A stretch of 64,000 nucleotides of DNA, from contig CBDIIB010000005.1 in the NCBI GenBank assembly GCA_965279525.1, positions 1,248,001 through 1,312,000 of the forward strand. The letters are read 5' to 3'. Shown piece by piece: positions 40,242-50,636 of this stretch. The notes under the pieces were generated by a model, which saw nothing but the letters and a program-made list of their open reading frames with translations, searched no databases and had not been told where the DNA came from. The position numbers were made by a program, and so were the translations under genes. This DNA is from Tagaea sp. (lineage in GTDB: Bacteria > Pseudomonadota > Alphaproteobacteria > CACIAM-22H2). How positions within the stretch are numbered: the first letter of the stretch is position 1; each line of letters opens with the position of its first letter.

Positions 40242-41456
40242 ATGCGCAAGGGCGAGTACGTCTTCACCAGCGAGTCCGTGTCCGAAGGCCACCCCGACAA
40301 GGTCTCCGACCGCATTTCCGACGCCGTCGTCGACGCGTTCCTCGGACTCGACCCGTATGCCCGCGTCGCCTGCGAGACGCTGGTGACGACCAACCGGATC
40401 GTCATCGCCGGCGAGGTCCGCCTCGATTCGCGCAAGTGCGGGCCGAAGGCCCCGATGCTCAAGGGCGGCAAGGTCAACGCCAAGGTCGTCGAAGCGCTCG
40501 CGCGCGGCGCCGTGCGCGAGATCGGCTACGAGCAGAAGGGCTTCCACTGGAAGAAGGCAAAGGTCGAAGTGCTGCTGCACGGCCAGTCGGCCGACATCGC
40601 GATGGGCGTCGACGCCAAGGGCAACAAGGACGAAGGCGCCGGCGACCAGGGCATCATGTTCGGCTACGCGACGAACGAGACCGAAGAGCTGATGCCGGCC
40701 CCGCTGCAGTATTCGCACAACATCCTGAAACTGATGGCCGAGGCGCGCCATTCGGGCAAGGAGAAGTATCTCGAGCCCGACGCGAAGAGCCAGGTCTCGC
40801 TGCGTTACGTCAACGGCAAGCCGGTCGAGGCGACCGCAATCGTCGTGTCGACGCAGCATTCGCCGAAGGTCGACCAGGACGACGTGCGCGAGATCGTGCG
40901 CCCCTACGTCCAGAAGGTGCTGCCCAAGGGCTGGCGCATTCCGGAGACCGAGTTCTACGTGAACCCGACCGGCAACTTCGTCATCGGCGGCCCGGACGGC
41001 GATTGCGGCCTCACGGGGCGCAAGATCATCGTCGACACCTACGGCGGTGCCTCGCCGCACGGCGGCGGCGCCTTCTCGGGCAAGGATCCGACGAAGGTCG
41101 ACCGTTCGGCCGCCTATGTGGCTCGCTATCTCGCCAAGAACGTCGTCGCGGCCGGCCTTGCCGACCGCTGCACGATCCAGCTCTCCTACGCCATCGGCGT
41201 GGCGAAGCCCCTCTCGGTCTACGTCAACACCGACAACACCGGCCAGGCGGACGAGAACAAGCTCTCCAAGGTGCTGCAGGAGCTCGTGAACCTCACGCCG
41301 CGCGGCATCCGCGAGCATCTGGGCCTCAACCGCCCGATCTACCGCCGCACTTCCAGCTACGGCCATTTCGGCCGCAAGCCGGAGAAGGACGGCGGCTTCT
41401 CGTGGGAGCGTACGGATCTGGTCAAGGAACTGCGCTCGGCCTTCGGCGCGCGTTGA
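40242..41456 (+). CDS. metK: S-adenosylmethionine synthetase
   Basis: [44 protein letters not shown]; GGAGG SD. Confidence 0.98.
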   Translation: MRKGEYVFTSESVSEGHPDKVSDRISDAVVDAFLGLDPYARVACETLVTTNRIVIAGEVRLDSRKCGPKAPMLKGGKVNAKVVEALARGAVREIGYEQKGFHWKKAKVEVLLHGQSADIAMGVDAKGNKDEGAGDQGIMFGYATNETEELMPAPLQYSHNILKLMAEARHSGKEKYLEPDAKSQVSLRYVNGKPVEATAIVVSTQHSPKVDQDDVREIVRPYVQKVLPKGWRIPETEFYVNPTGNFVIGGPDGDCGLTGRKIIVDTYGGASPHGGGAFSGKDPTKVDRSAAYVARYLAKNVVAAGLADRCTIQLSYAIGVAKPLSVYVNTDNTGQADENKLSKVLQELVNLTPRGIREHLGLNRPIYRRTSSYGHFGRKPEKDGGFSWERTDLVKELRSAFGAR

Positions 41457-42184
41457 ACGCGCCTTCGGACGAGACCGGAAATGGCGAGGCGCCGGGCGAA
41501 CCCCGGCGCCTTCTCCATTCCTACGGCCGGCGGCGCGGCCGCAAGCTCAAGCCCAACCAGCAGACGCTGATCGAAGGCCGGCTTCCCGGCCTGTCGATCG
41601 CGCGGCCGGCACCGGGTGCAATGTTCGATATCCCGGCGCTGTTCGGCTTTCGCCCGCGCGCCCTCTGGCTCGAGATCGGCTTCGGCGGCGGCGAGCATCT
41701 TGCCCACCAGGCGGCGAACAATCCCGATGTGGCGCTGGTCGGCGCCGAGCCGTTCGTCAACGGGATGGTCTCCGCACTCCAGCACATCGAGGCGCGGGGC
41801 CTTGGCAATGTCCGCCTCTATCAGGGCGACGCGCGCGAGATCATGCCGGCCTTCGCCGACCGATCGCTGGAGAAACTCTTCGTGCTGCATCCCGATCCGT
41901 GGCCCAAGCAGCGCCACCACAAACGCCGGCTGATCCAGGCCGCGTTCCTCGACGAGGCGGCGCGTCTGCTGCTTCCCGGCGGCGAGCTGCGCCTTGCCAC
42001 CGACGACGAGCCCTACCTGCTATGGATGCTCGAACGCGTGCCCGTGCATCCGGCGTTCGAGTGGACCGCGCGCGCGGCCGACGACTGGCGCCTCTATCCG
42101 CCCGACGCGATCGAGACGCGCTATGCCGCCAAGGCGCTGCGCGAAGGCCGCAAGCCGACGATCCTGCGCTTCAGGCGGCGATAG
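41453..42184 (+). CDS. trmB: tRNA (guanine-N7) methyltransferase
   Basis: [29 protein letters not shown]. Confidence 0.93.
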   Translation: MNAPSDETGNGEAPGEPRRLLHSYGRRRGRKLKPNQQTLIEGRLPGLSIARPAPGAMFDIPALFGFRPRALWLEIGFGGGEHLAHQAANNPDVALVGAEPFVNGMVSALQHIEARGLGNVRLYQGDAREIMPAFADRSLEKLFVLHPDPWPKQRHHKRRLIQAAFLDEAARLLLPGGELRLATDDEPYLLWMLERVPVHPAFEWTARAADDWRLYPPDAIETRYAAKALREGRKPTILRFRRR

Positions 42185-42188
42185 GCGG

Positions 42189-42908
42189 TCACGCCGACGC
42201 GGCAACGGCCTTGAGCGCGTCGAGCAGTGCGCCGGCCGAGGACAGGTGGTAGCGCGCACCCGCGTGCGCCGTGCCGACAGAAACCCCGAACCCGCCACCC
42301 GCCTCCGCGGCGCGAAAGCCGTCGGTGTCGGGCGTATCGTTGCCAATGTAGACGGGCCGACGGCCCTCGAACGGCTCGAACAGGGCGGCGCCTGTCAGCA
42401 CCTTTCCCTTGCTGACATCGGCCGGCCGCAATTCGACCGCATCGCGCGCAACGACGCAGGCCAGCCTGCCGTCCGAACCGGCAGCCAGGGCATGCATGCC
42501 GGCGAGGAGGGAAGGAAAGTCAGGATGGGCGTGCGGCAGGTGAAGCGCCACGGTGGGGTCCTTTGCCTCGACCAGCGCATCGCCGCAGCGCCGCGCCAGA
42601 TCGGTGCAGCGTGCCAGCAAGGTCGGGTAGTCGGCCACGTCGACGCGCACGTCGTCGAAGTCGGGACTGAGGAAGCGGATTTCTGCGCCGTACTGGCCGG
42701 CGACGGGCAGGCGCAAGGCCAGCGCCTCGTCGATCCGCGCGATCGGACGACCACTGACGATCATCGTGGCGCCGCGCGTTGCGAGCGAGAGCCGGCGCAG
42801 CACGTCGCGCACGCGCGCGTCGGCGCGGGACCCGTCGGGCGCGGGCGTCGTTTCGATCAGCGTTCCATCGAGATCGAGGAAGAACGCGTCGCGATGCGTG
42901 GCATCCAT
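42189..42908 (-). CDS. otsB: Trehalose-6-phosphate phosphatase-like HAD-IIB hydrolase
   Basis: FLDLDGTL, VSGR, ELRP..VSKG, motif IV IGNDTPD; GGAGG SD. Confidence 0.75.
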   Translation of the reverse strand: MDATHRDAFFLDLDGTLIETTPAPDGSRADARVRDVLRRLSLATRGATMIVSGRPIARIDEALALRLPVAGQYGAEIRFLSPDFDDVRVDVADYPTLLARCTDLARRCGDALVEAKDPTVALHLPHAHPDFPSLLAGMHALAAGSDGRLACVVARDAVELRPADVSKGKVLTGAALFEPFEGRRPVYIGNDTPDTDGFRAAEAGGGFGVSVGTAHAGARYHLSSAGALLDALKAVAASA

Positions 42909-43028
42909 GACTGCCTCCGGGTTCGAAGCCGCGGAAGCGTCCTTGCTGCCGGATGAATGTGACCAGAATGGGGAGCCGTCCGGCGCACGTGCCATACGCG
43001 CGCCGCAATCGAGATTCGCTAAATAGAA

Positions 43029-43910
43029 TCAGTCCTGTTTGGCCGCGACGACGCCGCGGCGGATCCGGCGGGCCTTGGTGAACAGGCGTTCGAGCGTATC
43101 GCCCTCATCGTGGCGGATCGCCTTCTGCATCAGCGCGATGTCCTCGTAGAGGCGGCCGAGCATTTCGAGCACCGCGTCCTTGTTGGCGAGGAAGATGTCG
43201 CGCCACATCACCGGGTGGGACGCCGCCACGCGCGTGAAATCGCGAAAGCCGGAGGCGGAGTAGCGGATCACCTCGGTGCGCAGCGTCGTTTCGAGATCGC
43301 TTGCGGTATTGACGATCGTGTAGGCGATCAGGTGAGGCACATGGCTGGTGATCGCCAGCACGCGATCATGGTGCTGCGGCGTCATGCGCGTCATGCGGCT
43401 GCCCATGCGTCTCCACAGCGCATCGACCTTCGCCGATGCCGCCTTGGGCGTGCGCGGCAGGGGTGTCACGATGCACCAGCGGCCGGCGAAAAGCTCCGCA
43501 AAGCCCGACTCGGGGCCGGAGTTCTCGGTGCCCGCGATCGGGTGGGCGGGCACCAAATGCACGTCCTTGCGCAAGTACGGAGCGAGATCGACGATCGCCG
43601 CGCGCTTGACCGAGCCCGCATCGGTCAGGATGGCCCCCGACTTCATCTTCGGCCCGATCGCGCGCGCGATGCGTGCGTAGGCCGACATCGGCGTGCAGAT
43701 CATCACGACATCCGCACCCGCCACCGCTTCGGCGGGACTGGCCACGACGCTGTCGGCAAGACCGAGACGCTTGATCGTGCGTCGCGCGGCAGCACTCGCG
43801 TCGCATGCGACGATGCGGCGGGCCGCACCGGTCTTGCGCGCGGCGCGCGCGACCGACGAGCCGATCAGCCCGAAGCCGATGATGGCGAGCGTGTTGACGA
43901 CGGGCTTCAC
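43029..43910 (-). CDS. tyrA: Prephenate/cyclohexadienyl dehydrogenase
   Basis: GFGLIGSS, TDAGSVK, HPIAGTE.SG, HD..LAITSH.PH, GFRDFTR.A. Confidence 0.92.
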   Translation of the reverse strand: MKPVVNTLAIIGFGLIGSSVARAARKTGAARRIVACDASAAARRTIKRLGLADSVVASPAEAVAGADVVMICTPMSAYARIARAIGPKMKSGAILTDAGSVKRAAIVDLAPYLRKDVHLVPAHPIAGTENSGPESGFAELFAGRWCIVTPLPRTPKAASAKVDALWRRMGSRMTRMTPQHHDRVLAITSHVPHLIAYTIVNTASDLETTLRTEVIRYSASGFRDFTRVAASHPVMWRDIFLANKDAVLEMLGRLYEDIALMQKAIRHDEGDTLERLFTKARRIRRGVVAAKQD

Positions 43911-44995
43911 TTGAGGAACTCCGCGAGGGCGACGACGACGGCCTTCATCTCGTCTTCCGTCCCGATCGTCACGCGCAGATGGTCCGGCAGGCCGTAATTG
44001 GCAACCGCGCGCGGAATGATCGCGCGGCTCATCAGGAACTCGTTGGCCGCCGCCGCCGTGTGGCGGCCGGTCGCGGGAAATTCGACCATCACGAAGTTCC
44101 CGACCGACGGCAGCGTCTTCAGGCCGAGCTTCGCGACCTCGTCCGCGAACCAGGGCAGCAGGCGGTCGTTGTGCGCGCGGCACTTGTCCTGGAAAGCAAG
44201 GTCTTCGAGTGCCGCGATGCCCGCGGCCTGGGCCGGTGCGGCGACATTGAACGGCCCGCGCACGCGATTGAGGACGTCGACGATCTTCGCCGGCGCATAA
44301 GCCCAGCCAAGCCGCATGCCGCCCAGCGCGAAGATCTTCGAGAAGGTGCGCAGCATGACCGTGTTCTCGCCGGCATCGACCAGTTCGGTGCCGTCGGTGT
44401 AGTCGTTACGGCTGACATATTCGGCATAGGCCGCATCGACGATCAGCAGCACGTGCGGCGGCAGGCCGTCGCGCAGCCGCTTGAGCTCGGTGCCGGTGAC
44501 GTAGGAGCCGGTCGGATTGTTCGGGTTGGCGACGAAGCAGATCTTCGTCTTCGGCCCTGCCTTGGCGATCAGCGCGTCGATGTCGGTGCGATAGCCTTTT
44601 TCGGCCGCCTGCACGGGCACGGCACCCGCACTGTGCGCGGCGATCGGGTACATGACGAAGCCGTACTGGCTGTAGAGCACCTCGTCGCCGGGCCCGGCAT
44701 AGGACTTGACCAGCAGGGCGATCAGCTCGTCCGAGCCGGCACCGCACACGATGCGCTCGGGATCGAGCGAGAAGCGCTTGCCGATCGCCGCGCGCAGGGC
44801 CGACGCGTTGCCGTCGGGATAGCGGTGCATCTCGCCGGCCGCGCGCGTGGCTGCCTCGATCGCCTTGGGCGAGGGGCCGAGCGCGCCTTCGTTCGACGAC
44901 AGCTTGATCGGCTTTTTCCCGCCGGGCACGGCCGACTTGCCGCCGACATAGGGCGAGATTTCGAGGATGCCGGGCTTGGGCACGGGCGACGTCAT
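43907..44995 (-). CDS. hisC: Histidinol-phosphate aminotransferase
   Basis: KLSSNE, GAGSDELI, ANPNNPTG, DAAY.EY, RTFSK. Confidence 0.93.
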   Translation of the reverse strand: MTSPVPKPGILEISPYVGGKSAVPGGKKPIKLSSNEGALGPSPKAIEAATRAAGEMHRYPDGNASALRAAIGKRFSLDPERIVCGAGSDELIALLVKSYAGPGDEVLYSQYGFVMYPIAAHSAGAVPVQAAEKGYRTDIDALIAKAGPKTKICFVANPNNPTGSYVTGTELKRLRDGLPPHVLLIVDAAYAEYVSRNDYTDGTELVDAGENTVMLRTFSKIFALGGMRLGWAYAPAKIVDVLNRVRGPFNVAAPAQAAGIAALEDLAFQDKCRAHNDRLLPWFADEVAKLGLKTLPSVGNFVMVEFPATGRHTAAAANEFLMSRAIIPRAVANYGLPDHLRVTIGTEDEMKAVVVALAEFLK

Positions 44996-45897
44996 CTGGA
45001 GGCTCCCTTGGAACTTGCCGGGCCGCGCCGGGCCGCCTTCTCGGATGCAAGGCCAAGCGGCACGGCGTAGCCGCCGGCGACCTTCACCGAAAGGCCGACA
45101 TCCGACAGTGCCGCGAGCCGCGCGTCGCCGGGTGCGACATAGGCCTCGGTAACGGCAAGGAAGCATTGGCGGCCACCGCGTTCGGTCTCGGCGATCGTGC
45201 CGGCTAGACCGATGCCGGCCAGTGCGAAGGCGCGACCGAGCTTCGCGCGGCTCGTCTCGGTCTCTGCCACGACGATCAGAAGGCCGCGGTCGACGCCGGA
45301 CTCTTCGAACGCCTGCCGGGCGATCACGAGGGCGCCGGGCTGCGTCTCGGTCCCGTCGACCGGCAGGCGGGCGACGACCTGCAGGCCGGTCGGGTCGAGA
45401 TTGCGCCACCAGTCCAGGTCCGGCGCGTCCTCGGGCGTGGGCAACAGGGCAAGCTGGGCGCGGCCGTCGTCGAGACGCGCGAAGACCTGTGCCGGCGAGG
45501 TCGCCGTCAGCAGCGGCGTCGACTGGCCGTAATGCTGGCGGGCCAATGCCATCACCGACGCGTCGGACTCGTTGCGCAGGACGGCGACCGAGAAGGGGCC
45601 CTGCAGGCGCGTGAAGCTCGTCATGATGTCGCGCCAGAGCCGGACGACCAGATCGGCCGGCAGCGGACCTTTGATGCGGGCCGTCAGGCGGCGCAGGATC
45701 GTGAGCTCGCGCCCCGGCCGCGCAAGACGCAGGTCGGAGCCGCCTTCGGCAGCTTTTGCGGCGCGCACGTCGTCCATCGCGCGCGCGCGCTCGGCCAGCA
45801 GGTCGAGCAGGCGGTCGTCGATCGAATCGAGGCGCCGCCGCAGATCGGCAAGCGCCTGGCTGGATTGGGACGTCTGGGCCATCGGGTTGGCAGGCAT
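44992..45897 (-). CDS. Chorismate mutase with a degenerate prephenate-dehydratase-like C-terminus
   Basis: [27 protein letters not shown]; usual alphaproteobacterial position before hisC-tyrA. Confidence 0.8.
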   Translation of the reverse strand: MPANPMAQTSQSSQALADLRRRLDSIDDRLLDLLAERARAMDDVRAAKAAEGGSDLRLARPGRELTILRRLTARIKGPLPADLVVRLWRDIMTSFTRLQGPFSVAVLRNESDASVMALARQHYGQSTPLLTATSPAQVFARLDDGRAQLALLPTPEDAPDLDWWRNLDPTGLQVVARLPVDGTETQPGALVIARQAFEESGVDRGLLIVVAETETSRAKLGRAFALAGIGLAGTIAETERGGRQCFLAVTEAYVAPGDARLAALSDVGLSVKVAGGYAVPLGLASEKAARRGPASSKGASR

Positions 45898-45982
45898 AGC
45901 GCAGCGCGCGCCGCCCGCGCAATGGCCGTCGAGACCCGCCGGGGCCAAAAGGCGGCGCTTGAAACCGTCCCGGGCTTGGCCC

Positions 45983-47197
45983 ATGTTTCGCCGCAACTTG
46001 GACCCGTTCCAGATCGAGCCCGTGAGCGCAAATCCCCGCATTGCGGCGGTCGACACGACCGCGCCGGATTTTCCCGGCAGACGCTTCGAAATCCCCGCGG
46101 CGAACCCGCTGCGGCTGGATTCGGGCGTCGAGCTGGGGCCCGTGACGGTCGCCTACCAGAGCTACGGCACGCTCAATGCCGACCGCTCGAACGCGGTTCT
46201 CGTCTGCCACGCGCTGACCGGCGACCAGTTCGTCGCCGACACCCACCCGATCACCGGCAAGCCGGGCTGGTGGGAGACGCTGGTGGGCCCCGGCAAGCTG
46301 CTCGACACCGAGCGCTATTTCATCGTGTGCGCCAACGTGCTGGGCGGCTGCATGGGTTCGACCGGCCCCAAGGACGTCAACCCGGCGAGCGGCAAGCCCT
46401 GGGGACTCGATTTCCCGGTCATCACGATCGGCGACATGGTCAAGGCGCAGGCGCGCCTGATCGACCATCTGGGCATCGAGAAGCTGTTCTGCGTGATCGG
46501 CGGCTCGATGGGCGGCATGCAGGTGCTCGAATGGGTCTCGGCCTATCCCGAGCGCGTGTTCGCGGCCGTCCCCGTCGCCACGTCCTATCGCCACTCGGCG
46601 CAGAACATCGCGTTCAACGAGGTCGGCCGGCAGGCGATCATGGCCGATCCGGACTGGCGCGACGGGGCCTACCAGCCCGCCGGCGTCATGCCCAACCGCG
46701 GACTCGCCGTCGCACGGATGGCGGCGCACATCACCTATCTTTCCGAAACGGCGCTGCATCGCAAGTTCGGCCGCCGGCTGCAGAACCGCGCGCAGCTCTC
46801 CTACGGCTTCGATGCCGACTTCCAGGTCGAAAGCTACCTGCGCCACCAGGGCTCGACCTTCGTCGACCGGTTCGACGCCAACTCGTATCTCTACATCACG
46901 CGCGCGATGGATTATTTCGACCTGCAGGCCGAGCATGGCGGCTCGCTTGCCGAAGCCTTCACCGGAACCAAGACGCGTATCTGCGTGGTCAGCTTCACGT
47001 CCGACTGGCTGTTCCCGACCTCGGAGAGCCGGGCACTCGTGCATGCGCTCAACGCCGCGGCCGCCAACGTGTCGTTCGTCGAGATCGTGTCGGACAAGGG
47101 CCACGACGCCTTCCTGCTCGACGAGCCGGAATTCCACGCCGTGCTCGGCGGCTTCCTCAACGGGGCGGCCGAACATCGCGGCCTGAAGTTCCGATGA
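45983..47197 (+). CDS. metX: Homoserine O-acetyltransferase
   Basis: CHALTGD, NVLGGC.GSTGP, GGSMGGM, GHDAFLL; start may instead be GTG 46022. Confidence 0.93.
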   Translation: MFRRNLDPFQIEPVSANPRIAAVDTTAPDFPGRRFEIPAANPLRLDSGVELGPVTVAYQSYGTLNADRSNAVLVCHALTGDQFVADTHPITGKPGWWETLVGPGKLLDTERYFIVCANVLGGCMGSTGPKDVNPASGKPWGLDFPVITIGDMVKAQARLIDHLGIEKLFCVIGGSMGGMQVLEWVSAYPERVFAAVPVATSYRHSAQNIAFNEVGRQAIMADPDWRDGAYQPAGVMPNRGLAVARMAAHITYLSETALHRKFGRRLQNRAQLSYGFDADFQVESYLRHQGSTFVDRFDANSYLYITRAMDYFDLQAEHGGSLAEAFTGTKTRICVVSFTSDWLFPTSESRALVHALNAAAANVSFVEIVSDKGHDAFLLDEPEFHAVLGGFLNGAAEHRGLKFR

Positions 47198-47850
47198 GCG
47201 ATCCTTCGGCTCCGCCGGCGGCGGCCCAGGGCCGGCCGCGCTCGGCCATCCGCGTCGATCTCCAGGCGATCGCCGAGATGATTGAGCCGGGTACCCGCGT
47301 GCTCGACATCGGCTGCGGCGACGGCGCCCTGCTCGATTATCTGGCGCACGAGAAGAACGTCGACGCGCGCGGCATCGAGATCAGCCAGGCGGGCGTCAAC
47401 GCATGCGTGGCGCAGGGACTGTCGGTCATCCAGGGCGATGCCGACACCGACCTCAAGGACTATCCGACCGGCGGCTTCGACTACGCGATCCTATCGCAGA
47501 CGCTGCAGGCGACTTGGGATCCAAAGGCCGTGCTCGGCCAGCTCGTGCGCATCGCGCGCCGGGCGGTCGTCTCGTTCCCGAATTTCGGCGTGTGGCACGT
47601 GCGCGTGCGCCTGCTCGTGAGCGGGCGCATGCCGGTGACCGATTCGCTGAGTGCGGCCTGGTACGAAACGCCCAACATCCACCTGTGCACGATCGACGAT
47701 TTCGTCGAGCTATGCGAAGCACTCGGCGTCACGATCGAGAGTGCCATGGTGCTGGATGCGGCCGGCCGGCCCAAGGGGCTGCGCGCCCCGGGCCGGCTTG
47801 CCAACCTGCTCGGCGAGCAGGGCCTGTTCGTGCTGAAGCGCGAAGGCTGA
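47194..47850 (+). CDS. metW: Methionine biosynthesis protein MetW
   Basis: [38 protein letters not shown]. Confidence 0.93.
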   Translation: MSDPSAPPAAAQGRPRSAIRVDLQAIAEMIEPGTRVLDIGCGDGALLDYLAHEKNVDARGIEISQAGVNACVAQGLSVIQGDADTDLKDYPTGGFDYAILSQTLQATWDPKAVLGQLVRIARRAVVSFPNFGVWHVRVRLLVSGRMPVTDSLSAAWYETPNIHLCTIDDFVELCEALGVTIESAMVLDAAGRPKGLRAPGRLANLLGEQGLFVLKREG

Positions 47851-47861
47851 ACGCGGGGCCG

Positions 47862-49550
47862 CTAGGCCGCCGCGACATCGCCAAGGAACCCGTCGATGCG
47901 CTTGCGCAGCGCGCTTGCTTCGCCCGAAAGCGTCCCGGCGGCCTCGCGCACGCTGCCCGCGACCCGCCCGCTCTGATCGGCGGCCGCGTTGACGCCGACG
48001 ATGTTCGACGACACTTCCTGCGTGCCGGCCGACGCCTGCTGGACGTTGCGCGAGATCTCCTGCGTGGCGGCCGCCTGTTCCTCGATGGCCGCCGCGATCG
48101 CCGCGGTGATCTGGTCGATCTCCCGGATGGTGCCGCCGATCGATTCGATCGCCTGGACCGAAGCGCCCGTCTCGGACTGGATCTCGGCGATCTGCTGGCT
48201 GATTTCCTCGGTCGCCTTGGCCGTCTGGTTGGCGAGACTCTTCACTTCCGAAGCGACGACGGCAAAGCCCTTGCCCGCATCGCCCGCGCGCGCGGCCTCG
48301 ATCGTCGCGTTGAGGGCGAGCAGGTTCGTCTGGCTCGCGATGTCGCTGATCAGTTTGACGACGGCACCGATGCGCTGGGCGGCTTCGGCCAGGCCCTGGA
48401 CCTTCGTGTTGGCGAGCGTCGACTGGTCGACCGCCCGGCGTGCGATCTCGGAGGACGAGCTCACCTGCGAGGAGATCTCGCGGATCGACGACGTCAGCTC
48501 TTCGGTCGCCGAGGCCACCGTCTGGACGTTCGTGGACGCCTCTTCCGAGGCCGCCGCGACGGCATTGGCCTGGCGCGCGGTCTCTTCGGCCGTCGTGCTC
48601 ATCGTCGTCGCGGATTCGTTGAGGCCCTCGACCGAGGTGCCCACGGCGGCGAGGCGCTGCGTGACGTCGGTGTTGAACTGGCTGATGAGCTCCATCATGA
48701 GGCGCGCGCGCTTCTCGCGTGCGGCGACGTCGGCACGTTCCTTTTCCTGGGCGTCGCGCTGCGCGATCAGGCCGGCCTTGAAGACTTCGAGCGTCTTCGC
48801 GATGCGGCCGACTTCGTCCTTGCGATCGGCACCTTCGGCGACGATGTCGGTGTCGCCCGCGGCGAGCTTCTCGATCGTGGCGCCAAGCTTCACGAGCGGG
48901 CCGGCGATCAGGCGGTGGGCGACGAGGAGGGCGACGGCAAGTCCGATCGCGATGGCGGCGAGCGATCCGCCGACCAGCAGGGGCAGGCGCGTCGAATAGA
49001 AGGCATGCAGTTCCTGATCGAGGCGCGCGATCTCGGCCTGGTCGCTGGCGGCGACCTGCTGGATGAAGGCGTTGAGCTGCTGGCGGTTCGAGCGGTTGGC
49101 GTCGTTGTCGCCGAACTCGCGGCCCTTGGCAGGGCTCACTTCGCGGCCGAGCCGGGCAAGTTCGGTGCGGAACTCGACGAAGCGCTTGGTTTCGGCCTGC
49201 GCCTTGGCGAAAGTTTCGCGCTGTTCGGGCTTCACCGCGGCGGCCCACTTGGCCATCTCGGCATCGAGCTGCTTGAGCCAGGCGAGGATACCGTTGCCGT
49301 AGCGGGTCGCTTCTTCCGTCGACAGCGACATGTAGACGCCGCGCGAGTCCATCACGACCGCGTTGATCAGGCCGTTGACCTTTTCGGCACTCGTCGAGCG
49401 GCGCGAAGCCGAGACCGTCGCGTCGTTGAAGGCGTTGTAGGAGCGCATCGTGTCGATGGCGAAAATCGTGATCCCGAGGCTGACCAGCGCCATGAAGCTC
49501 GCGACGACTGCGATCTTTGCGGAGATGCGCAGATTGATGAACGAATTCAT
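47862..49550 (-). CDS. Methyl-accepting chemotaxis protein
   Basis: Two TM segments, HAMP (RKDEVG), [33 protein letters not shown]. Confidence 0.95.
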   Translation of the reverse strand: MNSFINLRISAKIAVVASFMALVSLGITIFAIDTMRSYNAFNDATVSASRRSTSAEKVNGLINAVVMDSRGVYMSLSTEEATRYGNGILAWLKQLDAEMAKWAAAVKPEQRETFAKAQAETKRFVEFRTELARLGREVSPAKGREFGDNDANRSNRQQLNAFIQQVAASDQAEIARLDQELHAFYSTRLPLLVGGSLAAIAIGLAVALLVAHRLIAGPLVKLGATIEKLAAGDTDIVAEGADRKDEVGRIAKTLEVFKAGLIAQRDAQEKERADVAAREKRARLMMELISQFNTDVTQRLAAVGTSVEGLNESATTMSTTAEETARQANAVAAASEEASTNVQTVASATEELTSSIREISSQVSSSSEIARRAVDQSTLANTKVQGLAEAAQRIGAVVKLISDIASQTNLLALNATIEAARAGDAGKGFAVVASEVKSLANQTAKATEEISQQIAEIQSETGASVQAIESIGGTIREIDQITAAIAAAIEEQAAATQEISRNVQQASAGTQEVSSNIVGVNAAADQSGRVAGSVREAAGTLSGEASALRKRIDGFLGDVAAA

Positions 49551-49644
49551 GGAGCTTTCCTCGATCATGCCGGCCGTTTGATCGCCTGGGGCGGGGGGTG
49601 GCGTGCCAGCGTCGCCGTCTGCAGTCCAACATGCGTCAACGTGC

Positions 49645-49659
49645 ATAATTTTTGGTTAA
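49645..49659 (-). promoter_or_regulatory. CtrA-like box upstream of the MCP
   Basis: Minus strand TTAA-CCAAAAA-TTAT, one mismatch to TTAA-N7-TTAA. Confidence 0.6.
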
Positions 49660-49736
49660 TCAACCGGTATACGTAAGTATACCGTCGCCCCGTACCACCG
49701 GCTTGCATCGTGCAAACAACGGCTTAAGGTGCGCGC

Positions 49737-50636
49737 ATGCAGGACTGGTTCTGGCTCTGGATACCCGCCACGCTGCTGGCGGCCGCCGCGCAGACCGCGC
49801 GCAACGCCATGCAGCGGCATCTGACCGAGGCGCTCGGCACCGTCGGTGCCACGCATGTGCGGTTCCTCTACGGCTTTCCCTTCGCCGTCGCGCTGTTCGC
49901 GGCGGGATGCGCTGCCGCCGGCCATCTGCCGCCGATGCCGGATGCCGATTCCGCCGGGTGGATCGCGACAGGCGCGCTCACGCAGGTCCTGGCGACGGCG
50001 TCGATGCTGGCGGCGATGCGCACGCAGTCTTTCGCGCTGGCGGTCGCCTATACGAAGACCGAGCCGGTCCAGGTCGCGATCTTCGCGATGATCGTGCTGG
50101 CAGAACCGGTCACGCCCGCCAGTGCCGTCGCGATCCTGCTTGCCTGCAGTGGCGTCATCGCGATGTCGGGGAATCCGTGGCGCAAGGGCGGACACGACTG
50201 GCGGGCGACGGCACTGGGGATCCTGTCGGGGGGCCTGTTCGCGCTTTCGGCGGTCTTCTATCGCGGCGGCATCCTGAAGCTCGGCGAACCGCTGTTCTGG
50301 CTTGCCGCACTTACGGCACTTGTCCTGGCACTCGGCCTGCAGGCCGCGACGCTGACCGCCTATCTCGTCGTCACCGACCGGCCGGCGCTCAGGCGCGTGA
50401 TCGCCGCGTGGCGGCCATCGCTGTTTGCCGGCGCCATGGGTGCCTTCGCCTCTGCCGGATGGTTCACGGCGTTCTCGCTCGCCACGGCGGCAGCGGTGCG
50501 CACGCTCGGGCTGATCGAGGTGCTGTTCTCGTTCGCGGTGGGGCGGCGGCTGTTCAAGCAGACGGTCAAGCCGAACGAGATCGCGGGGCTGGCACTCGTG
50601 CTTGCCGGCGTGGCGATCCTGATCGTCAGCGCGTAG
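49737..50636 (+). CDS. DMT/EamA-family transporter
   Basis: About 10 hydrophobic segments, QTARNAMQ, RFLYGFP, AYTKTEP. Confidence 0.88.
   Translation: MQDWFWLWIPATLLAAAAQTARNAMQRHLTEALGTVGATHVRFLYGFPFAVALFAAGCAAAGHLPPMPDADSAGWIATGALTQVLATASMLAAMRTQSFALAVAYTKTEPVQVAIFAMIVLAEPVTPASAVAILLACSGVIAMSGNPWRKGGHDWRATALGILSGGLFALSAVFYRGGILKLGEPLFWLAALTALVLALGLQAATLTAYLVVTDRPALRRVIAAWRPSLFAGAMGAFASAGWFTAFSLATAAAVRTLGLIEVLFSFAVGRRLFKQTVKPNEIAGLALVLAGVAILIVSA

Noticed and set aside
42975-42997. TGGCACG on the minus strand upstream of otsB as a sigma54 -24 element
   Set aside because: No GC at the -12 position (GG-N10-GG).
45898-46021. Possible SAM-II riboswitch upstream of metX
   Set aside because: No recognisable SAM-II core in this short divergent intergenic region.
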